A DNA stretch of 64,000 nucleotides. It comes from an uncultured Methylomirabilota bacterium (GTDB taxonomy: Bacteria; Methylomirabilota; Methylomirabilia; Methylomirabilales; 2-02-FULL-66-22). The number at the start of each line of letters is the position of its first letter. The first letter of the stretch is position 1. The notes below the pieces were generated by a model. It saw only the letters and a list, made by a program, of their open reading frames with translations. It had not been told where the DNA came from and made no database searches. The position numbers and the translations under genes were made by a program. Positions 40,345 to 51,323 of the stretch are shown here, one piece after another. The stretch lies in NCBI GenBank assembly GCA_963845565.1, contig CAWJSJ010000005.1:768001-832000 (forward strand), given 5' to 3'.

Positions 40345-41507
40345 AACGGATGGGGTGGGTCGGTCTGGGGACCTTTGTGTTGCTGGCCTGTTTCCTGCCG
40401 GCCCCGGCGGGTGCGGCCAACCCGCCGGCGCCGGCGCCGGGATCGCCGCTGGTCGCGCCAGAGGGGCCGTATGTGGTCAAGAAGGGCGATACGCTGTGGG
40501 GGATTTCGCGGGATCTGCTCCAAGACCCCCTGCTCTGGCCCCGGCTTTGGGAGCAGAACAGCTTCATCTCCAATCCGAATCTCATCTTTCCCGGCGATCA
40601 GTTGGTGGTGCCCGGGAAGGATCTGAACCCGGCCGCTCCTGTGGTCGAGGCGCCCGCGCCGGCCGCTCCGGCGCAGACGGTGGAGGCGCCGCCTCCCGCA
40701 CCGCCGGCCGCACCCGCACTGCCGCCGCCTCCCGCACCACCCGTGGCCGCCGTGCCGCCTCCCGCACCGGTAGAGGCGCAGCCCGCACCCGAACCGCCCG
40801 TGCCGCCGGCCAGTCGCCACGCCATGGTCTGTAGTCCCGGACTCGTGCCGGAGCAGATGGTGGACCGTGTGGGGATCGGGACTCTCGTGATGAGCTCCGA
40901 GGACCGCGTCATGCTCTCGATGGAGGACCGCGTCGTCGTCGGGTTGGATGACAACCGCTCCGTCAAGCCGGGCGATCGACTCTTGGTGGCGCGCGAGGGG
41001 AGGCGGCTGATCCATCCGCGCACGGGGCAGTCAGCCGGCCGCGTTCTCTACGCCGTGGGGTTGCTCGACGTGACGGGCGTGCAGGCTCGGGTCGTGCAGG
41101 CTCGCGTCAGCTACAGTTGCGGACCGATTGGCCTGGGCGATCGCGTGATGCCGTTTACGCCACTGCTCTTCCCCGAGGAGAAGACCCCGCAGCCGGCCCG
41201 GCGGTCGGTGAGCGGTATCGTCGTCGATTCACTCCGGGGCGAGCAGCTCATGGGGCTGCAGCAGATGGCCTTCTTGGATGTGGGTGCGGATCAGGGTGTC
41301 GCCCTGGGGGATGTCTTTGCACTTCAGCGGCCGAACCGTCCGGCCCCAACGGCGGCGGGCGAGATGCTTCCCATGCCGTCCGACCGGCTGGGAAGCGCGG
41401 TCGTGATTCGAGTCGTGGAGCGTTCGGTGACCGTCCTCCTGACGAGCAGCGCCCGGGAGATACGGGTCGGGGATCAGGCCGTCCTGAGCCAGCAGATCGC
41501 CCCCTGA
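40341..41507 (+). CDS. Secreted LysM peptidoglycan-binding protein (TsaP-like) with Pro/Ala linker
   Basis: Signal peptide; YVVKKGDTLWGIS...NPNLIFPG; upstream of dprA. Confidence 0.85.
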   Translation: MKRMGWVGLGTFVLLACFLPAPAGAANPPAPAPGSPLVAPEGPYVVKKGDTLWGISRDLLQDPLLWPRLWEQNSFISNPNLIFPGDQLVVPGKDLNPAAPVVEAPAPAAPAQTVEAPPPAPPAAPALPPPPAPPVAAVPPPAPVEAQPAPEPPVPPASRHAMVCSPGLVPEQMVDRVGIGTLVMSSEDRVMLSMEDRVVVGLDDNRSVKPGDRLLVAREGRRLIHPRTGQSAGRVLYAVGLLDVTGVQARVVQARVSYSCGPIGLGDRVMPFTPLLFPEEKTPQPARRSVSGIVVDSLRGEQLMGLQQMAFLDVGADQGVALGDVFALQRPNRPAPTAAGEMLPMPSDRLGSAVVIRVVERSVTVLLTSSAREIRVGDQAVLSQQIAP

Positions 41508-41556
41508 GGCGCGAGCGCGGGTCCGAGGCGACGCTCGAAACCTAGCGAGGAGGGCG

Positions 41557-42708
41557 ATGCGCAGCGGCGCCCGGCCTCCGATATACACCGGATCGCCTTT
41601 CCCGGCGGACACGGAGCGGGAGGCCCGCTGGGCGTGTGGCCTGCTTCCCCAGCTCGGTGGTGTCGCCCTGCAGGGGTTGCTCGAGACTTTCGGGTCGATC
41701 TCTCGGGCGTGGACGGCTTCCCCAGACGCCTTGCAGCAGGTAACGGGGATCGGGCCGGTGATGGCCTCTGCCATGCGGCGGTTTCCGTGGGCGCGCATGG
41801 TTCGACAGGACCAGGCGCGTGTTGTGGATGCCGGCCTCACGGTGCTGGTGTGGGGCGATACCGAATACCCAGCCCGCCTGCACGCGATCCGTTCGGCCCC
41901 GCCCGTCCTGTACATACGAGGGGCACTCGAGCCGGACGACGACGTGGCGGTGGCGATCGTCGGATCCCGCCGCGCGACCGCCTACGGCGAGGAGATGGCC
42001 CGGGAGTTGGGACGGGAACTCGGCCGGCGCGGCGTGACCATCGTGAGCGGGCTGGCGCGGGGCATCGATGCGGCGGCCCATCGGGGTGCCATCGAGGTCG
42101 GCGGCCGGACCCTGGCCGTCCTGGGAAGCGGGCTGGACCAGATCTATCCGCCGGAGCATCGCGGACTGGCGAATGAGGTGGCGAACGCCGGCGCCCTCCT
42201 CAGTGAGTTCCCCCTCGGTACGGCGCCGCTCCGGGTGAATTTCCCACGTCGCAATCGGATCATCAGCGGTCTCAGCCTGGGGGTCGTGGTGGTGGAGGCG
42301 GGCGTGGGGAGTGGAGCGCTCATCACCGCCCATCACGCCCTGGAGCAAGGTCGCGAGGTATTTGCGGTTCCCGGCCGGGTTCACGCCCGGTACAGCGAGG
42401 GATGCAATCGCCTCATCAAAGCCGGGGCCAAGCTGGTGGAGAGCTGGGAGGATGTCCTCGTCGAACTCGTGCCGACCCTGAAGCAGCGACGGCGGCGCCG
42501 TCCGGCGGGGCCGCCACCCGCCGACCTGACGGCAGACGAGCAGCGGATCTACGACCTGCTGGCGCGCGGTCCGGAACACATCGATGCCCTCATCGTGGGA
42601 AGCGGGTGGGGCGGCGGACGGGTGGCCTCGGTTCTGGTGGGCTTGGAGATGAAGGGCGCCATCCGACAGCTGCCGGGAAAAATCTTCGAACAGCGCGACG
42701 CTGGGTGA
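41557..42708 (+). CDS. dprA: DNA-processing protein DprA
   Basis: AIVGSR, VSGLARGIDAAAH, FPRRNRIISG. Confidence 0.94.
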   Translation: MRSGARPPIYTGSPFPADTEREARWACGLLPQLGGVALQGLLETFGSISRAWTASPDALQQVTGIGPVMASAMRRFPWARMVRQDQARVVDAGLTVLVWGDTEYPARLHAIRSAPPVLYIRGALEPDDDVAVAIVGSRRATAYGEEMARELGRELGRRGVTIVSGLARGIDAAAHRGAIEVGGRTLAVLGSGLDQIYPPEHRGLANEVANAGALLSEFPLGTAPLRVNFPRRNRIISGLSLGVVVVEAGVGSGALITAHHALEQGREVFAVPGRVHARYSEGCNRLIKAGAKLVESWEDVLVELVPTLKQRRRRRPAGPPPADLTADEQRIYDLLARGPEHIDALIVGSGWGGGRVASVLVGLEMKGAIRQLPGKIFEQRDAG

Positions 42709-42737
42709 CCCCGAGGGGCCCCGCGAGGTATCACGCG

Positions 42738-42767
42738 ACCCAAGGCCGGGTAGGCGCCTTGGGTTTT
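42738..42767 (+). terminator. Possible intrinsic terminator after dprA
   Basis: ACCCAAGGC...GCCTTGGGT stem followed by TTT. Confidence 0.4.
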
Positions 42768-42775
42768 CGATTCTG

Positions 42776-42902
42776 GCAGGCTGCTGAAAACGGCCCATCT
42801 GCTGCGTTGGTCCGCCTCGCCACTCGCTGCGGCGTACCTCCAGTACGCCTCACTCGGGCTGCGGCGCACCGCCTTGCATCTGGGCCATTTTGAGCGGCCT
42901 GC
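42776..42902. repeat. ~127-bp palindromic MITE/REP-like element, copy 1
   Basis: Imperfect terminal inverted repeats GCAGGCTGCTGAAAACGGCCCA / TGGGCCATTTTGAGCGGCCTGC; second copy at 56437. Confidence 0.75.
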
Positions 42903-42937
42903 GCGAAACGGGGTTTCAGTGTCCAGTCAAGAGGTGA

Positions 42938-42997
42938 AGCGATCAGCCGTCAGCGATCAGTCATCAGCCGCGGTCCGGGGCTGACCGCTGACGGCTT
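42938..42997. repeat. Degenerate heptamer repeat hairpin
   Basis: GCGATCA GCCGTCA GCGATCA GTCATCA ... GCTGACC GCTGACG. Confidence 0.55.
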
Positions 42998-43018
42998 GTT
43001 CAAGAGGAGTCTCCATCC

Positions 43019-45496
43019 GTGGCGAAGTCGTTGGTGATTGTCGAGTCTCCGGCCAAAGCCAAGACCATCAATAAGTTCCTTGGACGCGAGTATACGGTCA
43101 AGGCCTCCATGGGCCACGTGCGGGATCTTCCTGCGAAGAGCCTGGCGGTGGACGTCGAGAAGAACTTCGCGCCGAAATACGAGGTCGTTCCCGGCCGGAA
43201 AGACGTCCTCGCCGATTTGAAGAAAGCCGCCAAGACCGCGGCCGCCATCTACCTGGCCGCCGATCCGGATCGGGAAGGGGAGGCGATCTGCTGGCACTTG
43301 GCCCACGAACTGAAATCGGCCAAGAAGCCGGTGCACCGGGTGATGTTCAACGAGATCACCAAACGGGCCGTGATGGAGGCTTTCACCCACCCCGGACCCA
43401 TCGATCAGCGCAAGGTGGATGCGCAGCAGGCACGCCGGATCCTCGACCGACTGGTGGGATACAAGATCAGCCCCCTGCTGTGGGAGAAGGTCCGCCGGGG
43501 CATTTCCGCCGGGCGGGTCCAGTCGGTGGCGTTGCGCCTGGTGGTGGACCGCGAAAAAGACATCCGGGCCTTCGTCCCTGCGGAATACTGGACCATCACG
43601 GCCGCGCTGGTGCGCCCCGACGGGGTCGGGCCGGAATTCCCGGCCCGTCTCGTCAAGGTGGACGGCGAGAAGGTCGGCATCTCCTCCCAGGCCGAGGCGG
43701 ATCGGATCCTCGCGGCGCTTCAGGCGCCGGAAACCGCCTTCCGTGTCGGTACGGTCCTCCGCAAGGAGAAGCGGCGGAATCCGGTCGCGCCCTTCACCAC
43801 CAGCAAGCTCCAACAGGAAGCGGTGCGAAAGCTCCGCTTTACAGCCCGGAAGACGATGCAGGTGGCCCAGCAGCTCTACGAGGGCATCGAGTTGGGGGAG
43901 GCCGGGTCGGTCGGCCTCATCACCTACATGCGCACGGATTCCACCCGGGTCTCTCCCGAGGCGCAGGCCGAGGTGCGCACCTTCATCACGGATCGGTATG
44001 GGGCGCAGTTTCTGCCGGAGCGCCCGCCGGTGTACAAGAGCGGCAAGGGGGCACAGGAGGCCCACGAGGCGATCCGGCCGACCTCCGTTCTCCTCGAGCC
44101 GGCGCAGGTGGCTCCCCACCTCACGCGGGACCAGTTGAACCTGTATACGCTGATCTGGAACCGGTTCGTGGCGTCCCAGATGCGGCCGGCGGTGTTCGAC
44201 ACGACCGCGGTGGACATCGCCGCCGGGCGATTCACGTTCCGCGCCAGCGGTCAGCACATGACGTTCGCCGGATTCATGCAGGTGTACGTGGAGGGGCAGG
44301 ACGAGGCGCGCGCGGATGACCGAGCCAAGAACGGGCAGGCAGAAGGGGAGGAAGACGAAGAGCGCAGTCTCCCGCAGCTTGCCGAGGGGGAGCCCCTGGA
44401 CTGCCGCGGCCTCGACCCGGTCCAGCACTTCACTCAGCCACCGCCCCGTTTCACCGAGGCGACCTTGGTCAAGGAGCTGGAAGAGCGGGGAATCGGTCGT
44501 CCCAGCACGTACGCCGCCATCCTCGGCGTGATCCAGAATCGGGACTACGTGGTCAAGGCCGAGGGGAAATTCCGGCCCACGGAACTGGGCGAGATTGTGG
44601 TGGACCTCTTGGTCGAGAGTTTCCCCCGCATTCTGGATCCCGGTTTCACCGCCCAGATGGAGACCCGGCTGGACGAGATCGAGGAGGGAACCGCCGACTG
44701 GTTGGAGTCCATGCACGAGTTCTACGGGGCCTTCACCCGCTGGCTGGAACACGCCAAGAAGAAGATGAAGAACGTGAAGGCCATGGAGGAACCGACGGAC
44801 CAGGTGTGCGAGAAATGCGGCCGCTCCATGGTGATCAAGTGGGGACGGTTCGGGAAGTTCCTGGCCTGCTCGGGATACCCGGAATGCAAGAGCACCAAGG
44901 AGCTGCCGGGCAATGGGAATGGGGCCCCGGAGGGGGGCGGGAGCGGCGACGGAGACACGATCGTCGGCGAGGGACAGGCATGCGAGAACTGTGGGAAGCC
45001 CATGGTCTTGAAGCGGGGACGGTTCGGCCCCTTCTTGGCGTGTTCGGGTTATCCCGAGTGCCGGACGGTGGTCAAGGTTGCCAAGGCCGCCGCCGCACCG
45101 CCGGAGCCCACGGACCAGGTCTGCGAGACCTGCGGCGCCCCCATGGTGATCCGGACCGGCCGCTTCGGCCGCTTCTATTCGTGCAGCACGTATCCGAAAT
45201 GCAAGAACGTGAAACCGATCCCCATCGGCGTGGATTGCCCGAAATGCGGCGCGCCCTTGGCGGCCCGGCGCACCAAGCGAGGCCGCACGTTCTATGGGTG
45301 TACCGCCTACCCGACGTGTGAGTTCACGATCTGGGACCGCCCCGTGGCGGCACCCTGTCCGACCTGTCAGGCGCCGTTCGTGGTCGAGAAGCGCAGCAAG
45401 GCCGGCGTGACGCTGCGATGCATCAAAGAGGGCTGCGACTACGAGGGGGAGGTTCCCGCTCCCGCCACCGTCACGCCCGACACCGCGGCGCAATGA
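43019..45496 (+). CDS. topA: DNA topoisomerase I
   Basis: IVESPAKAKTI, DPDREGE, SAGRVQS, ITYMRTDS, C-terminal Zn ribbons. Confidence 0.97.
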   Translation: MAKSLVIVESPAKAKTINKFLGREYTVKASMGHVRDLPAKSLAVDVEKNFAPKYEVVPGRKDVLADLKKAAKTAAAIYLAADPDREGEAICWHLAHELKSAKKPVHRVMFNEITKRAVMEAFTHPGPIDQRKVDAQQARRILDRLVGYKISPLLWEKVRRGISAGRVQSVALRLVVDREKDIRAFVPAEYWTITAALVRPDGVGPEFPARLVKVDGEKVGISSQAEADRILAALQAPETAFRVGTVLRKEKRRNPVAPFTTSKLQQEAVRKLRFTARKTMQVAQQLYEGIELGEAGSVGLITYMRTDSTRVSPEAQAEVRTFITDRYGAQFLPERPPVYKSGKGAQEAHEAIRPTSVLLEPAQVAPHLTRDQLNLYTLIWNRFVASQMRPAVFDTTAVDIAAGRFTFRASGQHMTFAGFMQVYVEGQDEARADDRAKNGQAEGEEDEERSLPQLAEGEPLDCRGLDPVQHFTQPPPRFTEATLVKELEERGIGRPSTYAAILGVIQNRDYVVKAEGKFRPTELGEIVVDLLVESFPRILDPGFTAQMETRLDEIEEGTADWLESMHEFYGAFTRWLEHAKKKMKNVKAMEEPTDQVCEKCGRSMVIKWGRFGKFLACSGYPECKSTKELPGNGNGAPEGGGSGDGDTIVGEGQACENCGKPMVLKRGRFGPFLACSGYPECRTVVKVAKAAAAPPEPTDQVCETCGAPMVIRTGRFGRFYSCSTYPKCKNVKPIPIGVDCPKCGAPLAARRTKRGRTFYGCTAYPTCEFTIWDRPVAAPCPTCQAPFVVEKRSKAGVTLRCIKEGCDYEGEVPAPATVTPDTAAQ

Positions 45497-45568
45497 CCAG
45501 TATCTATTCTCTGATGTTCGACGGCCGGAGACTCTCCAAAATTGCCACTTCCTGAAAGCTGACCACTG

Positions 45569-46930
45569 ATGGCTGAAGGCGTTATTGCAATCATCGGCGG
45601 CGGCCTGGCCGGAGCCGAAGCGGCCTGGCAGGCGGCCAGCCGGGGCGCCTCCGTGCGCCTCTACGAGATGCGGCCCGCGGTGCGGACGCCGGCCCATCAA
45701 ACGGATCGGTTGGCCGAGCTGGTCTGCAGCAACTCCCTGAAGTCCGAATCCCTCGAGGATGCGAGCGGCCTGCTCAAGGCGGAGATGCGGGCGTTCGATT
45801 CGTTGATCCTGCGGTGTGCCGAAGCGCACCGCGTCCCGGCGGGGTCGGCCCTGGCGGTGGATCGCGAGCAGTTCGCCGCCGCGGTCACCCAGGCGATCAC
45901 CGCCCACCCGCTGATCCAGGTGATCCGCGAGGAGGTTCAAGAGCTTCCGGCGGGCCGGCCGGCCATCGTGGCCTCGGGCCCGTTGACGTCCGACAGGCTT
46001 GCCGCGAGCCTGGCGGCGCGCTTCGCAGCGTTCCTGGGGCCGGACGGGGCGACGTCTCGTGGCGCGCAGTGGCTCTACTTCTACGATGCGATCTCGCCGA
46101 TCGTGGCCGCGGATTCGATCAATCGAGAGGTGGCCTACGAGGCCGCACGCTACGGGGTGGGGGGCGCGGATTACCTGAATTGTCCGCTGACCCGGGAAGA
46201 GTACGCGCGATTCCGCGAGGCGCTGCTGACCGGGGAGCGATATCCGTTGCACGACTTCGAGCGGGCGACATTTTTCGAGGGGTGCCTGCCGATCGAAGAG
46301 CTGGCGGAGCGGGGCGAGGACACGCTGCGATTCGGCCCGATGCGCCCGGTCGGATTGCGCGATCCGCGGACCGAAAGGCGGCCCTTTGCGGTGGTTCAGC
46401 TCCGTCAGGAAAATCAGGGCCCGAACGGGCAACCCACCATGTACAACCTGGTGGGGTTCCAGACCAGGCTCAGGCGGGGCGACCAAGTCAAGTCCCTCCG
46501 GCTCATTCCGGGACTGGAACGCGCCGAGATCCTGCGGTACGGGAGCGTTCACCGGAACACGTTTCTCACGGCGCCGGTTCTCCTGGAGGGCACGCTCCAG
46601 TTCCGTGGGGATCCGGGGATCTTCTTCGCCGGCCAGCTTACCGGGGTCGAGGGCTACCTGGAATCCGCCGCCACGGGTCTGCTCGCCGGCATCAACGCCG
46701 TGCACCAGTCGAGGGGTATTCCGTTGCTCCACCCGCCGCGGACGACCATGCTCGGCGGTTTGCTCCACTACCTGACCACCGCGTCGCCCGCCACCTTCCA
46801 GCCCATCAACGCCAACTTCGGCCTCCTGCCCGTCCTCTCCGAGCTCGTCCGCGACCGCCAGGATCGGAATCGACTGCTGGCGGCCCGCGCCCAAGCGGAC
46901 TTCCAGGCCTGGCGGCAGCGTCTGGGGTAG
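45569..46930 (+). CDS. trmFO: tRNA (uracil-5-)-methyltransferase TrmFO
   Basis: GGGLAGAEAA, ELVCSNS, FFEGCLPIE, GPMRPVGL, AGQLTGVEGY. Confidence 0.95.
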   Translation: MAEGVIAIIGGGLAGAEAAWQAASRGASVRLYEMRPAVRTPAHQTDRLAELVCSNSLKSESLEDASGLLKAEMRAFDSLILRCAEAHRVPAGSALAVDREQFAAAVTQAITAHPLIQVIREEVQELPAGRPAIVASGPLTSDRLAASLAARFAAFLGPDGATSRGAQWLYFYDAISPIVAADSINREVAYEAARYGVGGADYLNCPLTREEYARFREALLTGERYPLHDFERATFFEGCLPIEELAERGEDTLRFGPMRPVGLRDPRTERRPFAVVQLRQENQGPNGQPTMYNLVGFQTRLRRGDQVKSLRLIPGLERAEILRYGSVHRNTFLTAPVLLEGTLQFRGDPGIFFAGQLTGVEGYLESAATGLLAGINAVHQSRGIPLLHPPRTTMLGGLLHYLTTASPATFQPINANFGLLPVLSELVRDRQDRNRLLAARAQADFQAWRQRLG

Positions 46931-47062
46931 CACCGCAAGGAACGGCTTGACTCCGCTCCACGTCTCCAAGTACCTTGATTGATGAAAAGAAACAACCGAC
47001 TCGACTGACGTGTGCGGCGCCGAGTGCTGTCCGGGGCGAGTGCGAGAAGGGACGGCGACCCG

Positions 47063-47728
47063 ATGGCGGGACCAAGGACACGACAATCTGCAGGTGCGGC
47101 ACGGGCACCCATCTACCACCTGAAGGTCTCCCTGGAGGGGATCGAGCCAGTGATCTGGCGGCGGTTGCACGTGCCGGGCGACGCCAATCTTGGATGGCTG
47201 CACGCGGTGATCCAGGTGGCGATGGGGTGGACCAACAGTCATCTGCACCAGTTCGTCGTCGGAAAGCGGTTGTATTCCGACCCCAGCTTCGAGATCGATG
47301 AGTTTGAGGATGGTCCGCGCGTCCTGGACGAGAACGCGACAACGATCAGCGAGATCGCACGCCGGGTGAAGAGCGCGTTCGTGTACGAGTACGACTTCGG
47401 CGATTCGTGGGACCATCGGATTACCGTCGAGAAGATCCTCGGTCCTGATCCCGCGGCGGTAGGTTTGGCGAAGTGCCTGGACGGCGAGCGGGTCTGCCCG
47501 CCGGAGGATTGTGGCGGTGTGCCCGGATACGCCGATCTTCTCGAAATCATCATGGACCCCAAACATGAGGAGTATGAGTCCACGATGGAATGGCTGGGCG
47601 GCGGATTCGACCCCGAAGCGTTCGATCGCGACAAGACCAACAAGCATCTGCGAAAACTGAAATGGCCCCACACGACCGTCAGCCAGTTGGCCGGTGTCCT
47701 CATGCGGCGCGACGGGGTCAGGGGGTAG
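47063..47728 (+). CDS. Plasmid pRiA4b ORF-3 family protein
   Basis: IWRRLHVP, MGWTNSHLHQF, YEYDFGDSWDH, CPPEDCGG. Confidence 0.88.
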   Translation: MAGPRTRQSAGAARAPIYHLKVSLEGIEPVIWRRLHVPGDANLGWLHAVIQVAMGWTNSHLHQFVVGKRLYSDPSFEIDEFEDGPRVLDENATTISEIARRVKSAFVYEYDFGDSWDHRITVEKILGPDPAAVGLAKCLDGERVCPPEDCGGVPGYADLLEIIMDPKHEEYESTMEWLGGGFDPEAFDRDKTNKHLRKLKWPHTTVSQLAGVLMRRDGVRG

Positions 47729-47831
47729 GCCGAACGCAATGTCACTTGCGCGCGGTGAGGCTTCTTGGTATAGAGGCTCAAGTCTCCCGCCTCTTCCATT
47801 GGTTCAGGCGATTCATGGAAACGGGTGAGTT

Positions 47832-48164
47832 ATGAACGACAAGCTCACCACCACGTCAGCGGTTTCGATTCCGAAAGACAGGCTGGTTGATTTCTGCCGT
47901 CGCTGGAAGGTCGCTGAGCTTTCCCTGTTTGGCTCCGCACTACGCGAAGATTTCCGGCCGGACAGCGATGTGGATCTCCTCGTCTCGTTTGCCCCTGGGG
48001 TAACGTGGGGCTTCGATGATCTCCTCACGATGAAGGAGGAGCTGCAGACGCTCTTCGGGCGGGCCGTGGATCTGGTCGAGCGCCGGCTGGTGGAAGCAAG
48101 CGAGAACTACATCCGGCGCAAGCACATCCTGAGTCACCTGGAGCCCCTGTATGTGGAGGGATGA
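47832..48164 (+). CDS. Minimal nucleotidyltransferase (MNT) antitoxin
   Basis: [27 protein letters not shown]. Confidence 0.9.
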   Translation: MNDKLTTTSAVSIPKDRLVDFCRRWKVAELSLFGSALREDFRPDSDVDLLVSFAPGVTWGFDDLLTMKEELQTLFGRAVDLVERRLVEASENYIRRKHILSHLEPLYVEG

Positions 48165-48375
48165 GGCGTGGTTGCTCGACATGCTGCAGGCCTGTCGAAA
48201 AGCGCTCCAGCACGTGGAGGGTCTCGGCGAGCATCGTTTTCATGTGAGTCCTCTCCACCAGGATGCCATCATTCGCCAACTCACCATCCTCGGTGAAGCG
48301 GCCAAGCAGGTCTCTCCTGAATTCCGGGACGCCCACTCCGAGATTCCGTGGAAGAGGATCGCCGGCTTTCGGGAC
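48151..48375 (+). pseudogene. HEPN/DUF86 toxin, C-terminally truncated
   Basis: LLDML, QDAIIRQLTILGEAAK, IPWKRIAGFR, then sequence switches to methyltransferase-like residues before the R-x4-H His. Confidence 0.75.
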
Positions 48376-51318
48376 GATCATGGGGCACCCGACAAGGTAT
48401 CCGATCTGCTGGACGAAGCCAGGCACAGGGCACTCACCGAGGAGGAGGCGAAGATCCTGGCCGAGGCGCTGCGGACGCATGAGCCGTGGCTGGAGTGGGC
48501 GGGGAAGCGCGAGGCGAAGTCGTTCGAGGTGGATCCTGTCGCGCTGCATCATCCACGAGCGGGTCAGCACGCAGGCGATCCTGCGCGTCGCCGCCCGCCA
48601 GGACGTGCAGCGGGACCTATTCGCCGACCCGCAGATGGCCTATCACGAGGCGGTCCAGTTCTACCGGCACGACATGGACTGGGCGAACCGGTTGATCCTG
48701 GGCGACAGCCTGCAGGTCATGTCGTCGCTGGCCCGGCGCGAGGACCTGGCGGGCAAGGTGCAGATGATCTACATGGACCCGCCATACGGCATCAAGTTCG
48801 CCAGCAACTTCCAGCCCGAGGTCGGCAAGCGGGACGTCGAAGGACAAGGAGCAGGACCTCACCCGCGAGCCGGAAATGGTGAAGGCTTACCGCGACACCT
48901 GGACGCTCGGGGTTCACTCGTACCTCGCATACCTCCGCGACCGTCTGATCGTCGCCCGGGAACTGCTGGCGGATTCGGGCAGCATCTTCGTGCAGATCAG
49001 CGACGAGAACCTGCACCGCGTGCGATCCCTGATGGACGAGGTGTTCGGAGTATCGCAACTTCGTTTCCATCATTCAGTTTACGAAAACCAGTCGTCCGCG
49101 AGCTCTGATCTCTTGCCGCCGTTTGCGATTACCTCCTTTGGTATGCGAAGGCGGTTGACAAGATCAAATGCAGACGCTTTCTTCCGCCGCAAGAATGCAG
49201 GTGAAGAGGGCGCGTCGAAATACTCGTTTATCGAAATGAGCCTCAGGAGGACGTCGTCAGCTGATCCGACTCTGAACGTTCGACGATCCGAAAGTTCTTC
49301 CGGAAAAGTCACGCGTGTACGGATCGATCAGCTTACCTCTCAGAGGCCACCGCGAGCGATCAGATCCGTTCGAATTCCAAGGGCAAGTCTGTCTCGCCTT
49401 TGCCAGGAATATTGGAAGACCAGTATCGAAGGGACCGATAGAGTCGGCCGAGGCAAATCGAGATAGTCGTCGCTGGCAGACAAGTCCGACTCTATCCGAT
49501 ACACGATTCGACAGACTTCCCCGTTATCCGACTCAACAACACACTGGGCCGATACGTGGAAGCGTCCAAAGTCGGACAGACAAAAGTGTACGTCGTTCAG
49601 ACGGCGACACAAGGTCGTTGAGCGCTGCCTGCTGATGACCACTGACCCCGGCGACCTGGTCCTCGATCCGACCTGCGGCAGCGGGACGACGGCGTACGTC
49701 GCGAGCAGTGGGGGCGCCGGTGGATCACGTGTCGACACGAGCCGGGTGGCGCTGGCGCTCGCGCGCCAGCGGCTACTGACGGCGCAAGTTCGCGTACTTC
49801 CAGCTTCGCTCGTCGACGCGACGACCTGGACCGGAACCCGGTGGCACCGTGGCTGACCGATCCAACCGGCAAGGTCGCGGGCAAGTGCACGTTCAAGTGC
49901 AAGACGCGTGCCGCACATCACGCTCAAGAGCATCGCGCAGAACACGGCTCTCGACCCGATCTTCGCGAAGCACGAGCCGATCCTTGCGGCGCGCTTGGAC
50001 GCGCTGAACGCGGCGCTCGCGAAACCGGCCACGCCGACGTCTCGCGGCAGAAGCTGGCCGACGAAGCTGCGCGAGAAGCAGAAGGCGCGAGGGCGAAGAG
50101 GGCGATCACGGACGCCGACCGGCGGCCGCTGGGAACTGCCGAAGAAGCGCCGTGGCGAGCACTGGGAGGTGCCGTTCGACACCGACCCGGACTGGCCGAA
50201 GGCGCTCGCAGGACGCGCTGACGGAATACCGCAAGGCCTGGCGGGCGAAGATGGACGAGGTCAACGCCTGCATCGCCGCGAACGCCGAGCAGGAGGAGCT
50301 GGTGGACCAGCCGGAGGTCGTGAAGGGCGTCGTCCGGGTGACCGGCCCGTTCACGGTCGAGGCGGTCCAGCCGCCCGAGGTGTCGCTCGGACGAGGAAGG
50401 CCTGTTCGACGGCGAGCCCGAACGAGGCTCGGAGCACGATCGAGCGGACGCCGAGGCGGGCCGACGGCGGACCGAGGCCAAGAACGCCGAGGCGTACCTC
50501 GACGCAGATGATCCGGCTCCTGCGCGCGGACGGGGTGCGGTTCCCCGACAACAAGCAGATGCGTTCACCCGCGCTCGAGCCGCTCCGAGACGGCGCCAGC
50601 GGCGCTTCCACGCCGAGGGGCGCTGGATGCCGGAGGGCGAGGCGGACGACGATCCCGACGGCCGCGCGACGGTCGGCGTCGCGTTCGGCCCGCAGTACGG
50701 CCCGGTCACGGCGCAAGCAGGTCGAGGAGTGCGTCCGCGCCGCGAACCGCGCGCGGGTACGACGACCTGGTGTTCGCCGGGTTCAGCTTCGACGGTGCGG
50801 CGCAGGCGGTCGATCGAGGAGGCCGCGCACCCGAAGCTCCGCATCCACATGGCGCACATCCGGCCCGGACGTGAACCCCGGCATGGACGGGCTGCTGAAG
50901 GAGACAGCCGGGCAGCCAGCTCTTCACCGTGTTCGGCCAGCCGCGGACGCAGGCTGGACAGGCCGGACAAGGACGGCGAGTACACGGTGACGATGGAGGG
51001 CGTGGACATCTACAACCCGGTGGACAACACGTCATGTCCGACCGGGCGCGGACAAGGTGGCGGCGTGGTTCCTCGACGGCGACTACGACGGGCGGACCTT
51101 CTGCATCACGCAGGCGTTCTTCCCCGACCGGACGGCGTGGGAGAAGCTGGCCAAGGCGCTCAAGGGCGTCGTCGACGCGGAGCGATTCGAGGCGCTGAGC
51201 GGGCACGGTCTCGCTGCCGTTCCCGGCCGGGAAGCACCGGCGGGTCGGCGGTGAAGGTGATCGACCCGCGCGGGAACGAGGTGATGCGGGTCCGTCGCGC
51301 TGGAAGGCTGAGAGGTGA
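48376..51318 (+). pseudogene. Type III-like R-M DNA methyltransferase (Mod, beta class), many frameshifts
   Basis: NRLILGDSL, YMDPPYG, VLDPTCGSGTT, AWFLDGDYDG and VKVIDPRGNEV in shifting frames. Confidence 0.8.
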
Positions 51319-51323
51319 CGCGC

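Noticed and set aside
40630..40810. CCCGCACC-type repeats in the LysM gene
   Set aside because: They encode an ordinary Pro/Ala linker.
42950..47671. 1573-aa minus-strand ORF and other long antisense ORFs
   Set aside because: GC-rich antisense shadows of topA/trmFO and other real genes; no motifs.
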